A DNA stretch of 64,000 bases from Mobula hypostoma (taxonomy: Eukaryota): contig NC_086098.1 of assembly GCF_963921235.1 (NCBI RefSeq), forward strand, positions 154,442,001 through 154,506,000, in the 5' to 3' direction. Positions 34,252-48,949 of the stretch are shown here, piece by piece. A model generated the notes under the pieces. That model did not search any database, had not been told where the DNA came from, and saw only the letters and a list, made by a program, of their open reading frames with translations. Position 1 is the stretch's first letter. Every line of letters starts with the position of its first letter. Both the position numbers and the translations under genes were made by a program.

Positions 34252-37200
34252 TGTAACGCTCAGGGCTATCGGCTCGTGTTTATCTGGGGAAAACCCCGTC
34301 CGCCCGCCAAACCGTGCCTCACGTTTGCGTAGTTGCTGTGCAATGCACCCTGGTACAAACTCACACATCAAATATCAGACAGCACACGATGTACGATTTA
34401 CAGATTGCACTTTGTAGATTTTACTGGAACTATGTAATTAATAGAGATACAATATAAAAGGAAAGTAAAAGGCGCCAAACTGATCAGAGTTCAACCATTT
34501 CATGCACAACCGTTGGAGCTCAATTAACGGGGTCTTCTTTCCACCAGTCGATCCCCTCCGACCTCCTCGACCCGCCGCCTGGGACCACCCACGGTTGTCG
34601 ACCAGAGCGCGTCCTGCACTTCCTTCTTCTTCGGTTCTCCTCCCGAAAAGCCCGCGCACTCACCCCGGTTCCCACACATACAGATACAGTAACATAGCTT
34701 CCATTGGTCAGCTCCTCCGTTATCTATAACTATAACCCAAACATTTCACTGCAGAGAACATTACCTCATAGTTAATACTGAAAAGAAGCCATTGCATTAT
34801 TACACTTCAGGGGAGCATAATTAGCAATTAACAGTTAACATTACAGTTAATATTACTCAGAATCCTACATTCACCCCCCACCTCATGACATTCAGATAAT
34901 TCGTCAACCCTTCCTGCAGAGCACACAGCCCAATCCAAATGCTGAAAGCAGTGGCATAACTCCCCAAAACTGTAGACATCACACCTTTCTCCCAAGCACT
35001 ACATAAGCCAACCTGTCCGGAGGGTTCCTAATCTGCTGAGACTTCCGTACCCGCCCGCCACCCCGAGCTTCTCCTGCTCAGCCACTACTGGGGACACTTT
35101 GGGGCTAGCTGGCGAAACCTCCCGCGATCTGTCACTCAAACCCCTCTGCAACTCGGAGCCCCTTGCCTCGTGTTCGGGACTCCCTCCCTCTCCTCCAGTG
35201 TCCGGCTGCACTCCCTGTTGCACACCAATAGCCCCCCTCATCTCCCCTAAAGCAGTGGGAGAAGGGGCTGGAGTCTCTTCCTCCATGAGGAAGAGCGGTT
35301 AGCCACCGGCAGCATGTACCGTACATCGGAATCCTCATCCTCCGAATCATTATCCCTTTCCGGGGCTGGGCCCGGCCCCGTCTCTTTCACGGTGGGCTCT
35401 TCCCTCGCCCCGCGCCTCCGCAGAGTCCTCGTACTAGGCGTAAACTCCAATTCGGGCTGTTGGTCTACCTGCACCTCTTGGCTCAGGGGCGACAGGTGGT
35501 TCCGATGGAGTATCTGGACAGGTCCCTTCCCGTCCTCTGGCCTCACCCGGAAAACCGGTAGGCTGGGCATCTGATTTTACACCACATGGGGAATGGCCGC
35601 CCAGCGGTCAGCCAACTTGTGCTTTCCAGGTACAGTAGTCCCAAATTCCTTATGAGGACTCGGTCCCGGCAGGAGTTGGGAGAACCTCACTTTTTGATCA
35701 TACCTTCTCTTATTTCCTCCATTCTGCTTGCCGGCCGCCACCCCCGACAATTCATAAGCTCTTTTCAGCTCTCTCGTCATATCAGACACATACTTCAGAT
35801 AAGGCTTCGGCTGTACGTCACCCGTGTCAGTCCCGAAACAGAGGTCAATGGGCAACCTCGCCTCACGCCCCAACATCAGATAATAGGCTGAATACACAGT
35901 GGCTTCATTGCGTGTACAATTGTGACAGTGAACCAGAAGCCCAATATGTTGGATCCATCTGCTTTTTTTGCTGATCTCTAGAGTCCAGTGCATGTCTAGC
36001 AAGGTCCGATTAAACCTCCCTAGTGGGGATCACAGGATGCATGATAGGGCGTGGTCCTCTATTTCTGAACTCCCAGCATGCCCAGTAACTCATAGATGAG
36101 CTTACTCTCAAAAACCCGTCCCTGATCACGATGTATCCGCCGGGGAAGGCAATAATGCACGAAACACTTCTTCCATAACACTTTTGCCACCGTAGTCGCC
36201 CACTGGTCCTTGGTCGGAAAAGCCTGAGCATATCTAGTGTAGTGGTCCCTGATGACTAAGACATTCGCCGTGTTGCTGGCATCGGGTTCTATGGACAAAC
36301 AGTCCACACACACACCAAGTCCAGGGGCCCTGCACTCTGCAGGTGTGAAAAAGGAGCGGCCTGGACAGCCAGTGTCTTCCGGGGTATGCAGCGAATGCAT
36401 GACGTGCAGTACTCTTCAACCTCCGACTTCATTCGGGGCCAGTAAAACCTGTCTTTGAGCAATCCATAGGTCTTCTCCATCCTTAAATGTCCAGACTCAT
36501 CATGCAGTGACTTCAGCTCAATCTTCCGATACTTCTCAGGCAAGACCAACTGCCAACACCGCAGTCGATCCGGGGGTGACGTGACCCGGTAAAAAAATTT
36601 GTTTCCTCAACTTCAGCTGAGGCCATTCCCTCAGTAACGGAGGCACCGAGGCGTGTTTCGTCTTCTCCACCCATGCCATATCTCCGTTTTCCACCGCGTA
36701 CCAAACGGTGCCAATGCCCGGGTCCTCTCGCTGAGCAGCTGACACTTGCCCCGGACTCAATTCCAGCAGCTGCTTGGACTTCAAAGCAGTCAAGTCACAG
36801 TAAACTGCGGGTAAGGCGTCGTCAGAAGTCCCCAATGAGTCCACTGCGCAATACGACATCTCCTTTTCCTCAGCCTTCACAGTGACGGCAAACTGACAAA
36901 TGGCCTTCACCCCAGAGGCAGGAACGCTCTCCCACTCCTCGTCCCTCTCCAGTTCCTCATGCATCCGTCAGGACAAAGCGTCCGCATCGACGTTCCGGCT
37001 CCCCGGCCGGTACTCCAGGCTGAAATCACACGACGACAAGGCCGCCAACCACCGATGGCCTCTAGCATCCAGTTTCGCCGACGTCAAGATATGAATAAGC
37101 GGGTTGTTGCCCGTTCTTACCTCAAACTTGGCCCCGTAGAGATAGTCACTCAGCTTATCCACCACCGCCTATTTCAACGCCAGCAACTCCAACTTGTGGA

Positions 37201-40200
37201 TTGTATAGTTTTCTCGGAGGGCGACAAACTCCGGCTGACAAACGCTACAGGTCTCAACCCGGCTCCCTCATCTTGATACATGATGGCCCCTAATCCCCCT
37301 CGGCTGGCATCGGTGTGGAGTACATAGGGTAACCGGGGATCCGCAAATGACAGAACCGGTGCCTGGGTCAGCAACTCCTTCAGCGATTTAAAGCCTCCTC
37401 ACATTTTGCATCCCACCTCTGTCCGAAGAGTTCCGACGGGTTGAGATAGTCTCCAGTATCCCATCACCTTTTACTTTTCTGCCCGTGGCGGGAGGGGGGG
37501 GTGGGGGCGGGGTAACCACGCAGAAGCTGGGTCAAGAGGTGACTCATTTTGGCGTAGCCCTTCCCGAATCTCCGGTATTAACCACAGAACCTCAAAAACG
37601 AGTGCAGAGTGCACACAGTCTGGGGCCTCGGCCACGTGGTCACTGCTTCTATCTTCGCCGGGACTGTAGCTACTCCATGACTCGAGATTACGTGCTGAAC
37701 ATAGCTAACAGACGTGTTGCAGAACTGATATTTGTCCCGGGAGAGTTTTAAACCCTTCCTCCTTCCGTCTGCTTCGCACTTTCAGTAGCCTGACTTCGTG
37801 CTTTTCTCAGAATCAAAGTTCCACGATACAATTTCCACTATGACAACAGTCTTAACCATACTCAAACCTCGGAGTATCACTTCCTCCGATACATTAGTCT
37901 CCACTCCCCTCAACATGCATGCATTGCTTACTAGCACCCTCGCAGCCGCACACCATCGCTGAAAGGCAGTCTCCATGACAACTGTACTTTAAACAGAGTG
38001 ATAGCACAGCATCTACAGAATTCAATCCCGGACGAGCTCCCACAAATGTAACGCTCAGGGCTATCGGCTCGCGTTTATCTAGGGGAAACCCCGTCCACCT
38101 GTCAAACCGTGTCTCACGTTTGTGTAGTTGCTGTGTAATGCATCCTGGTACAAACTCACACATCAAGTATCAGACAGCACACAATGTACGATTTACAAAT
38201 TACACTTTATAGATCTTACTGAAACTATGTAATTAATAGAGATACAATATAAAAGGAAAGTAAAAGGCGCCAAACCTATCAGAGTTCAACTACTTTGTGC
38301 ACAACCGTTGGAGCGCAATTAACGGGGTCTTGTTTCCACCAGTCGATCCCCTCCGACCTCCTCGACCCGTCGCCTGGGACCGCCCAAAGTTGTCGACCAC
38401 AGCACGTCCTGCACTTCCTTCTTCTTCGGTTCTCCTCCCGAAAAGCCCGCGCACTCACCCAGGTTCCCACACATACAGATACAATAACTTAGCTTCCATT
38501 GGTTAGTTCCTCCGTTATCTATAACTATAACCCAAACATTTCACTGCAGAGAACATTACCTCATAGTTAACATTGAAAAGAAGCCATTGCAGAGGAATTA
38601 CAGAATAAGCTGAAGGAACTAGAAAAAAAACACAAACTGAGTTTGGCACAGGATACACTGGAGGAAATTTTTAAAAATTAGGAAAGAAATTAATCGTTTG
38701 GCTGCACAAGAAAATTAGAAAAAATTTAATGTTTCTCAAACAGAGACACTATGAAAATACTGGCGTGGAAAATGAAAAAAAATATATATGTAGCAGAAAA
38801 TACAATTCATAGAATTAGGGATCCAAGAACAGAAGTGATTTAAAAAAAATAAGCTAAGTGAAATTCAAGAAGCTTTTGAAATGTTTTACAGAACACTATA
38901 TTCCAAAGTTCCAGGGGGAAGCATAATCCGAAATGAAACCCTCCTGAATTTATTAGAATTACCCACAAAAAACAAAGAGCAAAGAACAAAATAAAACGAT
39001 GACTGCTGACATAACTGACGCTGAACTTAAAACTGCAATTAATAGGGTTAAATTAAGCAAGTCACCAGGATCAGATGGATATACGGCAGAGTGGTATAAA
39101 GAGTTTAGAAGTGAGTTAATTCCTGTTTTGATCCCCACACTGAACTGGGCCCTAAGAAAGGTGCAAATGCCACCCAGCTGGAAGGAGACGATAATCTCAG
39201 CTATACCGAAAGATGGCAAGGATAAAATGGGATGTGGGTCATTTAGACCAATATCTGTTCTTAATGTGGATTATAGAATATTTACCACCATCATTGCCAA
39301 ACGATTAGAAGATTTTCTACCCACACTGATACATAATGATCAGACAGGTTTTATACAACAACGCCAAACACAAGACAACATATGAAGGACACTTCACATT
39401 ATGGATCATATAAAAAAATGAAATTGAAGCAAGGAATAAGCGAGGAAGCTGAAAAGGCATTTGATTCGGTTAATTGTAATTCTCTTCACACAGTTTTACA
39501 TAGATTTGGTCTACATGACATAATTATTAAAACTATACAGGCACTATATGACAATCCTACTGCCAGGATTAAAATCAGTGGATATTTATCTAATAGTTTT
39601 ACCCTAGAAAGGGACACGAGACAGGATTGTACATGGTCACCGCTATTCTTCGCATTATATCTGGAACCATTAGCTCAATACATCAGAGAAAATTAAGATA
39701 TCAGGGGAATTGCTATTAAAGAGACAGAGCATAAATTGGCCTGTTACACGGATGACATTTTGATCTGTCTGGGGCAACCAACGTACTCTTTACCTAAATT
39801 GATGCAATCCTTTGACAATATGGCCAATTATCAGGATACAAGATCAACATAGATAAAACCCAACTACTTTCATATAACTATAGCCCACCAAGAGAAATTG
39901 AAAGTAGATATCGTTGGGCATGGCAAACAGAGTCTGTCAAATATTTGGGCATCACTATGCCAAAAGCTTTGGCAAAATTATCAGAATGAAATTATCAGCC
40001 TATATGTAAAAAATTAAGGAAGATATAATAAGACGGACCTAATTCCTTTTCTTGGTCTCAATTCAAGGATTGAATCTATTAAAATGAATATACTGCCCAG
40101 ACTACTATATCTCTTTCAGACCCTACCAATAGAGATTAACCAAAATCAATTCAGTGAATGGAACAAGATGCTATCAAGATATATATGGCAAGGTAAAAGG

Positions 40201-41759
40201 CCTAGGGTTCATCTCAAAACTTTGCAATTAGCCAGAGAAAAGGGGGGATGGGGACCACTTTTTCCTACAGATTATTATTTTGCAGCACAGTTGAGAGCTG
40301 TGATATGCTGGTGCAACCCATCATATGACGCTCAATGGAAAAACATTGAGGAGAGGATACTTTCCATCCCCATACAAGCAATCTTGCCTGATAACATCCT
40401 ACAAAGTTACATAAATAATATTGACAAACGGTGGGTGAAATGGACTCTTAAAATATGGAAAACTATTACAAAAGAATATAAACTAGAGAGAGACATTGCA
40501 ATTCTTAAATGGTGTGCATATGATTTGGATTTTACGCCGAATGAACTGGATGCTAGATTTAAGGACTGGACAGCTAAGGGGATAACAGCTATTTGCAATA
40601 TAATGAAAGAAGGAACACTGTTCAGTTTTGAAATGTTCAAAGGGAAACTCTTATTAGAAAAACAAGAGTTTTACCGGTATTTACAGATGCGACAGTATGT
40701 TAATAAGACGGTTAAAAATGTAACCAAGGCAAGTACATGTCTGATAGAGCTATTTAAAAAAGCATATAATTCAGACAACGGTAGTAGAATAATTTCAAGC
40801 CTGTTTAAGGGTTTGTCAAATCTTAAAACACATTCGACTTCATAGATTAAAACAAAATGGGAGAAGGAAGGAAGGATAATAATATCTGAGTAAGACTGGA
40901 AATAATATGGAGGTATCAATGGAAGTGTACCAGTTCACAGAAATGGAGGGAGTTCGGGTGGAAAAACTTGATAAGATATTTTATTACACCATCTCAGAAA
41001 TCCCATTATGATAGTAACTCCCCAGTTTGCTGGAGAAATTGTGGAAATCAAAATGCAAACCACTATCATATTTTCTGAGAATGCCCCGTTATCAAAGACT
41101 ATTGGAGTGGGATACATAATGCCCTACAAGACATCTTTAAATGTGAAATACCCTTAGGGAGTAAGACCATATATTTTGGGTATATACCTCAAGAATGGTT
41201 GAAAAGAGATAAATATTTAATGACTGTACTGCTGGTGGCTGGTAAAAAGACGCTTACCAGGAAATGGTTATCACAGGAGAGCCCAACTTTAGATGTATGG
41301 ATGGAAATTACAATGGACATTTACAAAATGGAGAAGATAACAGCATCTGTTAATCATAAGTTGGAACAATTTTATTCATACTGGAAAAAATAGTTTAACT
41401 ACATAACACCTCATCAGCCTGATTTTATTCTCACAAGTCAATGAATATGTTGTTTAAAAAAAAGATCACTCCCTACTCTATACATAGTTTTCTTTCGATT
41501 GTTCTTTCTTTCCTCTCCCTTCTATAAGTGTATACCTCAGATAAGTACTATGTGGAGATTTGTGACAAATATGATTATATGATATATATGTACAGTGTCT
41601 GAAATACAGCCTGTGGAAATGTTTGTTTGATGATGAAATTCAACAAAAAAAATTACAAAAAAAGAAAAGAAGCCATTGCATTATTACACTTCAGAGGAGC
41701 CAATTTATAATTAGCAGTTAACAGTTAACATTACAGTTAATATTACTGAGAACCCTACA
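34252..41759 (-). mobile_element. Internally deleted Ty3/Gypsy element with PNMA-like gag; its 5' LTR is split by an L1
   Basis: 3' LTR 34252-34869 with PPT at 34870-34880. 5' LTR 38047-38591 plus 41681-41759. PBS TGGGAGCTCGTCCGGGAT at 38025-38042. RT-RNase H pieces (LTQAPVL, LHTDAS, RWLAAL) and integrase pieces (GHLRMEKT, DHYTRYAQAFPT, HRDQG). Confidence 0.9.
38592..41663 (+). mobile_element. 5'-truncated L1 (ORF2 RT and C-terminus, frameshifted) with A-rich tail and 17-bp TSD
   Basis: KSPGSDG, RPISVLNVDY, AEKAFD, SPLFFALYLEPLA, MNILPRLLYLFQ. TSD GAAAAGAAGCCATTGCA at 38575-38591 and 41664-41680. Confidence 0.93.
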
Positions 41760-42222
41760 ATTATATTCTGAGTCGCGAAACCTAAGACAGATGCCCACCT
41801 ATGTCCAGTATCTGACTGCAATCCCAGTATGACCTGTCCTGGCAGACTTCAAATAATTTATTTTTCTAAACTTATTGATTTATCTGCGATGTTCTCAGCC
41901 TTCTGCAGTCTTGCACCAATGTGACTCTGATATTTTCACATTTCCTCTCTATATGTTTCAAATGGTTTTCATAATATTACAGATTCGTTTTCAAAAGAGG
42001 CAAACATTTATTTGCAGAATTCGCAGCTGCGTCCTAAATATCTAAATTATGGACTTTTTACAAGGTCTTCTTTGTTCTTCATTCTATCCGACTGTGAAGA
42101 TTTAGTCTGTACAATATTTACTGTGCCTTTCAACTCGGCAATAAAAATATTACTGCGTTCAATAGACCAGAATGGACTACTGGTGTAGTGAGAGCGCAGT
42201 CTGAATAGTGAGCTCGTCTGAG

Positions 42223-45200
42223 TGTCATGGTCCCGTCCAGCAATGCCCCATCTTGCTATTATCTCCTTGATTAGGTCTTAATCCCCTCGTCTGATTTCCA
42301 ATTGTTCCCAATTTTCATTAATCACCGCACACCTGCTTTCCATTAGCGAACTGAGGATAAGAACCTCACTGTCATGCTTCGCCAATTCGTTGGTCTATTC
42401 TCCTATGTGTAAACCTCGTTCCCTGATTCCTTAGGACTGTCAGTTCTAAATCCGCGCCATTCGCTAGATAATCTACGTAAACCTTGTCTCCGTGTAAAGA
42501 TTCTCCTGAATACCTGTTCCATGTTCGTGGCTGTGCTAACCCCTCACGAGCCTGTCTCCGTGCCTGTGTCCCGCTCTTTGGTTCGCCCCCAGTCACGTCC
42601 TTGCAACAGAAAGAACTGGTCAGAATGAACCCAGCGGACACGGACCCCATGAACAGGCTCTCGCCAGCCAAGGCTACCTACTGGGAGCCCACGACCAATT
42701 GCTCATAGTGGTCACGGAAAACCTTCGTGCGCTGTCCATGAATGTAAGGAAGGTCAGTGAGCAGGTTGACCGGGTATCCGCTTCCCTTACTCCGTCCCTG
42801 TGAGCAATACGCACAGCCTGGGATGGCTACGCCCCTTGGGTCGGCCACACAATCCCCTCGAGAGCCCTAGGTACCCGAACCGGAACCCCACGCTGGGAAC
42901 CGACCTTCTTACTACAATGCTCTTTGGTCTTTGAGCAACAGCCATGTACATACACGTCGGACAGATCAAAAATCATGGGGCCTTTACGAGGGGATGCCTT
43001 GGCATGGGCCACCGCGATCTGGGACAACCGACCAAAAGTCTCTTCTTCCTTCTCCTCCTTCGTCTCCGAAATGAGGAAGGTATTTGAACAGCCCATTCGC
43101 TGTAAGGACGCCGCTAAGCGCTTGTTAATTCATTATCAGGGTTCGCGAAGCGTAGCAAGATAATCCATCGAGTTCCGAACATTAGCGGCCGACTCTGGGT
43201 GCAATGACGAGGCACCACGTGAAATGTTTCGGCAGGCCCTCTCAGATAAGATAAAAGATGAACTGGCAGCGAGGGAGGACGCGGACAGCCTGAACTCACT
43301 GATCCCTCTAGCCTCCAGGCTAGATAATCGACTTCAAGAAACATCGACTGAGAGAAAAGACCAGTCGCCCCGCTCCTCGGGTCATCCCACGGTCCACCTT
43401 ACCATCTTCAGCAAGCCTCCCTTTCCCGGCCGCTCAAAGTATAGCTCATGCTCCGACTGTCCCCACTACCCTGGGGGAGGAACCGATGAAGCTGGGACGG
43501 AACCGTCTCTCCCCTGCCGATCGACTTCGGAGGCGGAGAGTTGGGGATTGTTACTACTGCGGCCAGCCGGGACATTGCTGGGATACTTGTCCTCTGCGCC
43601 CAAAAGAGAGGGCTCAGCAGTAGAAGGGGGGACCCTGGTGAGCCGGACGACATTCCCTTCCAGACCCGAATGCAGATCGCGGCTACCGTGAACTATCAAC
43701 AACAGTCCCTGTCCCTATCTGCCTTGGTGGAATCCGGTACCGAGGGAAATCTGCTGGACGAGGACATAGTCTCCCGGGCCGGAATACCTCGGGAGCCGTT
43801 ATGTACCCTTCTGGAGGCCCGGGCGCTGGACGGAAAACTGCTGGCTCGCGTTACCCACTGTACGGCACACCTGACCTTGATTCTGTCCGGAAACCATTGG
43901 GAGGAGGTACGATTTAATCTTATCCTTTCTCTTCAACCTCCTATAGTTCTAGGATATCCCTAGCTAAACCACCACAACCCCTACATCAACTGGTCTACCG
44001 GGAGGATAGCCAGTTGAAGCCCGTTTTGCCACACCACCTGCCTGCGGTCGGCTCCATCCTTTAGGGAGGCTACCGCGACCTCGCCAGTCTTGGAACCCCT
44101 CGACTTGTCCGGGGGCCTCGTTATACTATAGAGTCTTTTAAGAGACTTTTAGATAGGTACATGGAGCTTCGTAAAATAGAGGACTGAAGGTAAGCCTAGT
44201 AATTTCTAAGGTAGGGACATGTTCGGCACAACTCTGTGGGCCGAAGGGCCTCTGTTGTGCTGTAGGTTTTCATTGTTTCTATTTTTCTCTGTTTCTATAA
44301 CAGTAAAAAATAAGTACCCAATGCCCCTCATAACTCGGCATTTGAACCACTTCACGGAGCCACCATCTTCTCGAAGTCTGACCTTCGTAGCGCCTACCAT
44401 CTAGTCAGGATGAGGGTGGGAGACGAGTGGAAGACGGCCTTTAATACACCATTAATTCATTTCGAATAATTGGTCATGCCATTTGGCCTCACCGATGCCC
44501 CCGCCGTTTCTCAAGCCCTAATCAATGATGTGCTGAGGGACTTTATTAACCGCTTCGTGTTCGTCTACCTTTTATGCTATCTTAATATTTTCTAGCAGCC
44601 TCCAGAAACATATTCACCATGTCCGTGTAGTCCTGCAGAGACTGTGGGAAGACAAGTTATTTTTGAAGGCGGAGAAGTGTGAGTTCCACGTTCCCTCGGT
44701 CAGTTTCCTGGGCTACATCATCGAGAGCGGGCAAGTGAGGGCAGATCCTGTGAAGATCCGGCCGGTGGAAGAATGGCCCAGACCCACGACCCGCAAGCAG
44801 CTTCAGCGGTTTTGCGGTTTTGCAACCTTTTTCCGCAGATTTATCAGGGATTATAGTCGGGTGGTCGCGTCCCTCACCCGATTTACATCGCTCACAACAC
44901 CTTTACTTTGGGACTCCGAAGCCGATTCAGCTTTCACGGAACTAAGGAGACGTTTCACGACCGCACCCATCCTGGTCCAACCGGACCCCTCCCGCCAATT
45001 CATTGTTGAGGTTGATGCCTCCGACTCCGGGGGGGAGCAGTCCTTCTCACGATCAAGTCCGGACGAGAAGCTTCATCCCTGTGCTTTCTTTTCTCGCCGG
45101 CTGCCCCCGCCGAGCGGAATTACGACCTGGCGAATTGGGAACTACTGGCGGTCAAGCTAGCGCTGGAGGAGTGGAGGCACTGGCTGGAGGGGGAGGAACG

Positions 45201-46170
45201 CCCGTTTATTGTTTGGACTGATCTTAAGAACCTGGGATATATTCAGACCGCCAAACGTTTGAACTGCCGCCAGGCCCGTTGGGTATTATTTTTTGGACGA
45301 TTCAAGTTTTCTATCACATACCGTCCAGGGTCCAAGAACGGGAAACCTGACGCGCTCTCCCGCCAATACAATTCCAAGGAGGACACTTCTAGCCCAGAGA
45401 CTATCCTCCCACTATCCTGTGTGGTGGCTACCCTCATTTAGGAGATTGAGTCCTTAGTAAAGGAAGCCCAGCGGGATGACCCTGACCTCTGCAATGGACC
45501 CGCCGATCGCCTTTTTGTGCCTGAATCCGTCAGTTCTCAGGTTCTCCGGTGGAGGCACACATCTCGGTTCGCCTGCCACCCCGGGAATGATCGGACACTG
45601 GATCTCCTGAAAAGACACTTTTGGTGCTTTCATGAAGGCGAATACCCGGTCCTATATCTCTGCATGTTCCGTCGTTGCCCGTGGAAAAGCCTCCCATCGG
45701 CCACCTGCGGGATTACTTCGTCCCCTACCTGCCCTGGTCGTCCTTCGTCGCTCACCGCCCTAGATTTTGTCACCGGTCTACCCCCTTCAGGAAACACCAC
45801 AGTACTCACCGTGGTAGACCGGTTCTCCAAGACAGTGCACTTTGTAGCCCTCCCTAAACTCTGAAGTCCTTCTCGTCTGCCACGTCTTTCGCATCCATGG
45901 AATTCCCGCGGACATCGTCTGCGATCGAGGTCCTCAATTCGTCTCGAAGATATGGAAGGCCTTCTGTCAAGCCTTAGGTGCCTCGGTCAGCCTGTCATCC
46001 GGCTTCCACCCACAGACGAACGGGCAAACGGAACGGGTCAACCAGGATTTGGAGGCGACGTTACGTTGTTTAACAACCCGCAACCCGTCTACCAGTAGCA
46101 ACCACCTGGTGTGGGTTGACTACGCCCACAACTCTCTGGTTAGTACTGGCATCGGAAGGTCTCCCTTCGA
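42223..46170 (+). mobile_element. Sushi-like Ty3/Gypsy element, 3'-truncated (5' LTR 42223-42608, gag-pol remnants)
   Basis: LTR TGTCATGG...TTGCAACA. gag MNPAD and CCHC CYYCGQPGHCWDTC. Protease-like [16 protein letters not shown], RNase [15 protein letters not shown], integrase DFVTGLP, VVDRFSK. No 3' LTR found. Confidence 0.88.
44120..44296 (+). repeat. CR1 3' tail inserted in the Sushi pol, with loss of ~0.3 kb of pol
   Basis: GATAGGTACATGGAG...GTTCGGCACAAC...GGGCCGAAGGGCC tail. Pol jumps from LEPLDLSG to ITVKNKYP. Confidence 0.7.
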
Positions 46171-48949
46171 GTGCAACAAAATGTGAATGAATTTCTTAGA
46201 AAGTCTCTATAACGTCATCCTAAATATTTCAAAGTATCTTTTGTATTGGCAAGAACTCGAAAGATAATTGTTGACTATATCGTCTCCCCTGATTCACTAC
46301 TAAAATTCCTTTCAAAAAGTGTCATCAGGTATTAAATACTTCCTTTACAATTGCTAGCTCACCACCCAATCTTCCGTACATCTGTTCCAAAATTAAAATA
46401 AAATCGTAGGGGTTGTAAATCTGAAAAGAAAATCAGAAAATGCTGTTAGCTTTCGGCGACAGGCGGGGGGAGCGGATGTTGGGTTATACTGGAGGGCTTT
46501 TGACTTAAAACATAAACACCGCAGTTCGTTCTCCTGTACACATTTGCAGATATCCCATTTGCCGCGATACGATGTGACATGGATAGAATTTGCAGGAATA
46601 ATTGAAACTTAGTGATGTTGCTGTGTTTCAGGGTTATTAAAGGGAGGCCAATAATAGAGATCCGAAATTGTGCACAAAAATATTTCGTTTTTGAACCTTA
46701 ACCATCTCTTTCACGGTGCCTGAATAGGTTCCGTGTCTCGCTTCGTTCATGTTTCGTTTACACTGTAAAGCAAACCATTAAGGCAGTAACTCGTTACACT
46801 GTATCTGAATATTCATTTTATCGTTTCGGTAGCTACAAACGCTGAGACTTTGTTTACTCGGTGTCTTACTTTTAATTCTATTTCTCCGGGGGAAACCGGC
46901 AAGGTGACCTGTCCATATCAGGAGACAGTATAGGATATTATTACCCGAGATGGTATTGCCAAACACATTTGCGTGATATGAAAGCGCCAGTCGTATAGCA
47001 ATCCCCATTGTTTCACTGGTACTGTGGACAAACCGAGCTGCTTTTTGCTTCACTTGACCATCTACCGTCTTTTGTGTCTCCATTTTAAAAAAAATTCAAG
47101 TTGGTACTGGATTCACTTATTAAGATGGCCCTCTCCGGAGACACTTTCACTTGAAAGGAGATAGAAATGTTAAGTCCAGATGTAGCATAGACATGGGTGA
47201 TACATTTTAAAGCACATTAGCGGAGTCAGTGAAAATAAAGAATTCCCAAATACACCAGTGCAACATCGGCCAGCTTGTGTTCTTTACTCACGGGTCTTCA
47301 TTGCACTAAGTTCCATATTCTTGGGAGCATACAAATGTTTGTTGTCATATTATAACACGCATCAAAATCTCGTACTCCCTCTTTCACAACCCGTCCCCGT
47401 TTCGATCCAGCATGGTATACCCTTGCTCATAGATAAATCTTAGAGTGGATTGTAAGGTCGGCACGAATTCGTGGGCCGAAAAGCCTGTACTGTGCTGGAG
47501 TGTTGTATGTTTTGTTTTCTAAACCGATATTCAATTATGTTGGTCCTTCGCCCCACCCAGTTTAAATGCAACCCGTCCTTCTAATCTTGGTCCACCTGTC
47601 CCAGAAAGGAACACAACGATCCTTATACATAAAACCCTCCTTCCCTCATCAGCTCCGTGGACACGCATTTAATTGCACTATATTCCTAATTTGCGCCTTG
47701 GCAGTGCGTGGCACGATGGGTGATTGTAGGATCACCTCCCTTAAGGTCCTTTTTTTTAATACTGGTATGTCCTTTAGCTGAAGGGCGTTAAAGTCCCAAA
47801 GTACGAGGAAGTAAGTTTCTGGACAAAACAGTCGCTGACGCTTCATATACAATATTGCAGTCAATTTGGGACATTGAAGCTCAGGAAAGATGTTATTGGT
47901 TTTAGGGAGGATCCAGAAATTCCCTGGGATGACAGGGAGGCTCTATGGACTCATCCAATAATAACAATTAACATGACGGAATACTATACAGTAGACAGAG
48001 CGGGGGAAATCCTCTGCAAGGATAATAATGAAACATGTTGGAGTTTGCAGTTAAATTATATCGTTCAGATGCGATATTTTGCAGCATTTTTTCTCGTTTA
48101 CAGCAATACGAATCTGTACCTCAATCTACTAAAGCCGGGATACTGAATAAATAGATAATTTCAAAAGTATCATCAATAATTTTGATTCAGAAAAGAGAAA
48201 ACTGCATTACATATTCGTTTCGGTATTTTCAGTTGCCCCAGGGCAGAAATGTTCACTTAAAAGGGAGTAAGGGACTGTTCTTAATTTGCGTTGTAACAAA
48301 CGAGAATTAAATGATAGAAACATGCTCTAATTTCAGTTGGGTGCCTACTTTGCGCGGATAGAAATATCAGTTTTTAACATTGTAATCCTTACTGCACTCA
48401 AAATCTATTCAGAATAGGTAATCTCTCTTTATTCCCCAACCAATGAGTTTTACATATTGGATAAAAGAGTTTAAACGCCTCTAGCATATTTCATTAAGCT
48501 CCCAGAATGTCTGGGAACTAAATCAAAATACCTCAGCAGCTGAAGCAGTTTGCCTTCACATTTTGCGGATGTTGAACTGCTGACAAATGTCCATCCAATC
48601 CTAAAAAGCGATGGCGAAAAAGGGTTTAAAATTTCAAGGTCTTCGAATGACCATGAATATTTCTGACACTTAGACATACTCACAAACGGGATTTTTAAAT
48701 GACCATAATATGCATTTAAATTAAACAACTAAAACTTGTTAACTCGCCTCTAAAAGTTAAAGATAAAAATGTTCAAGATTGCAAAGCTTAACAAAATCCA
48801 CTTCAAAATAAGCCAGTGCCTCGTGTGCCAGGAACGAAAGACCAATTTCTCTAACAGTATTGCTGAAGATGTCATTGACTTTCTGCTTCACTGCTCGTGA
48901 TAACCGCCTGAATTTTACTATTTTACATTTATTGGGAGCTTAGTTTTCC

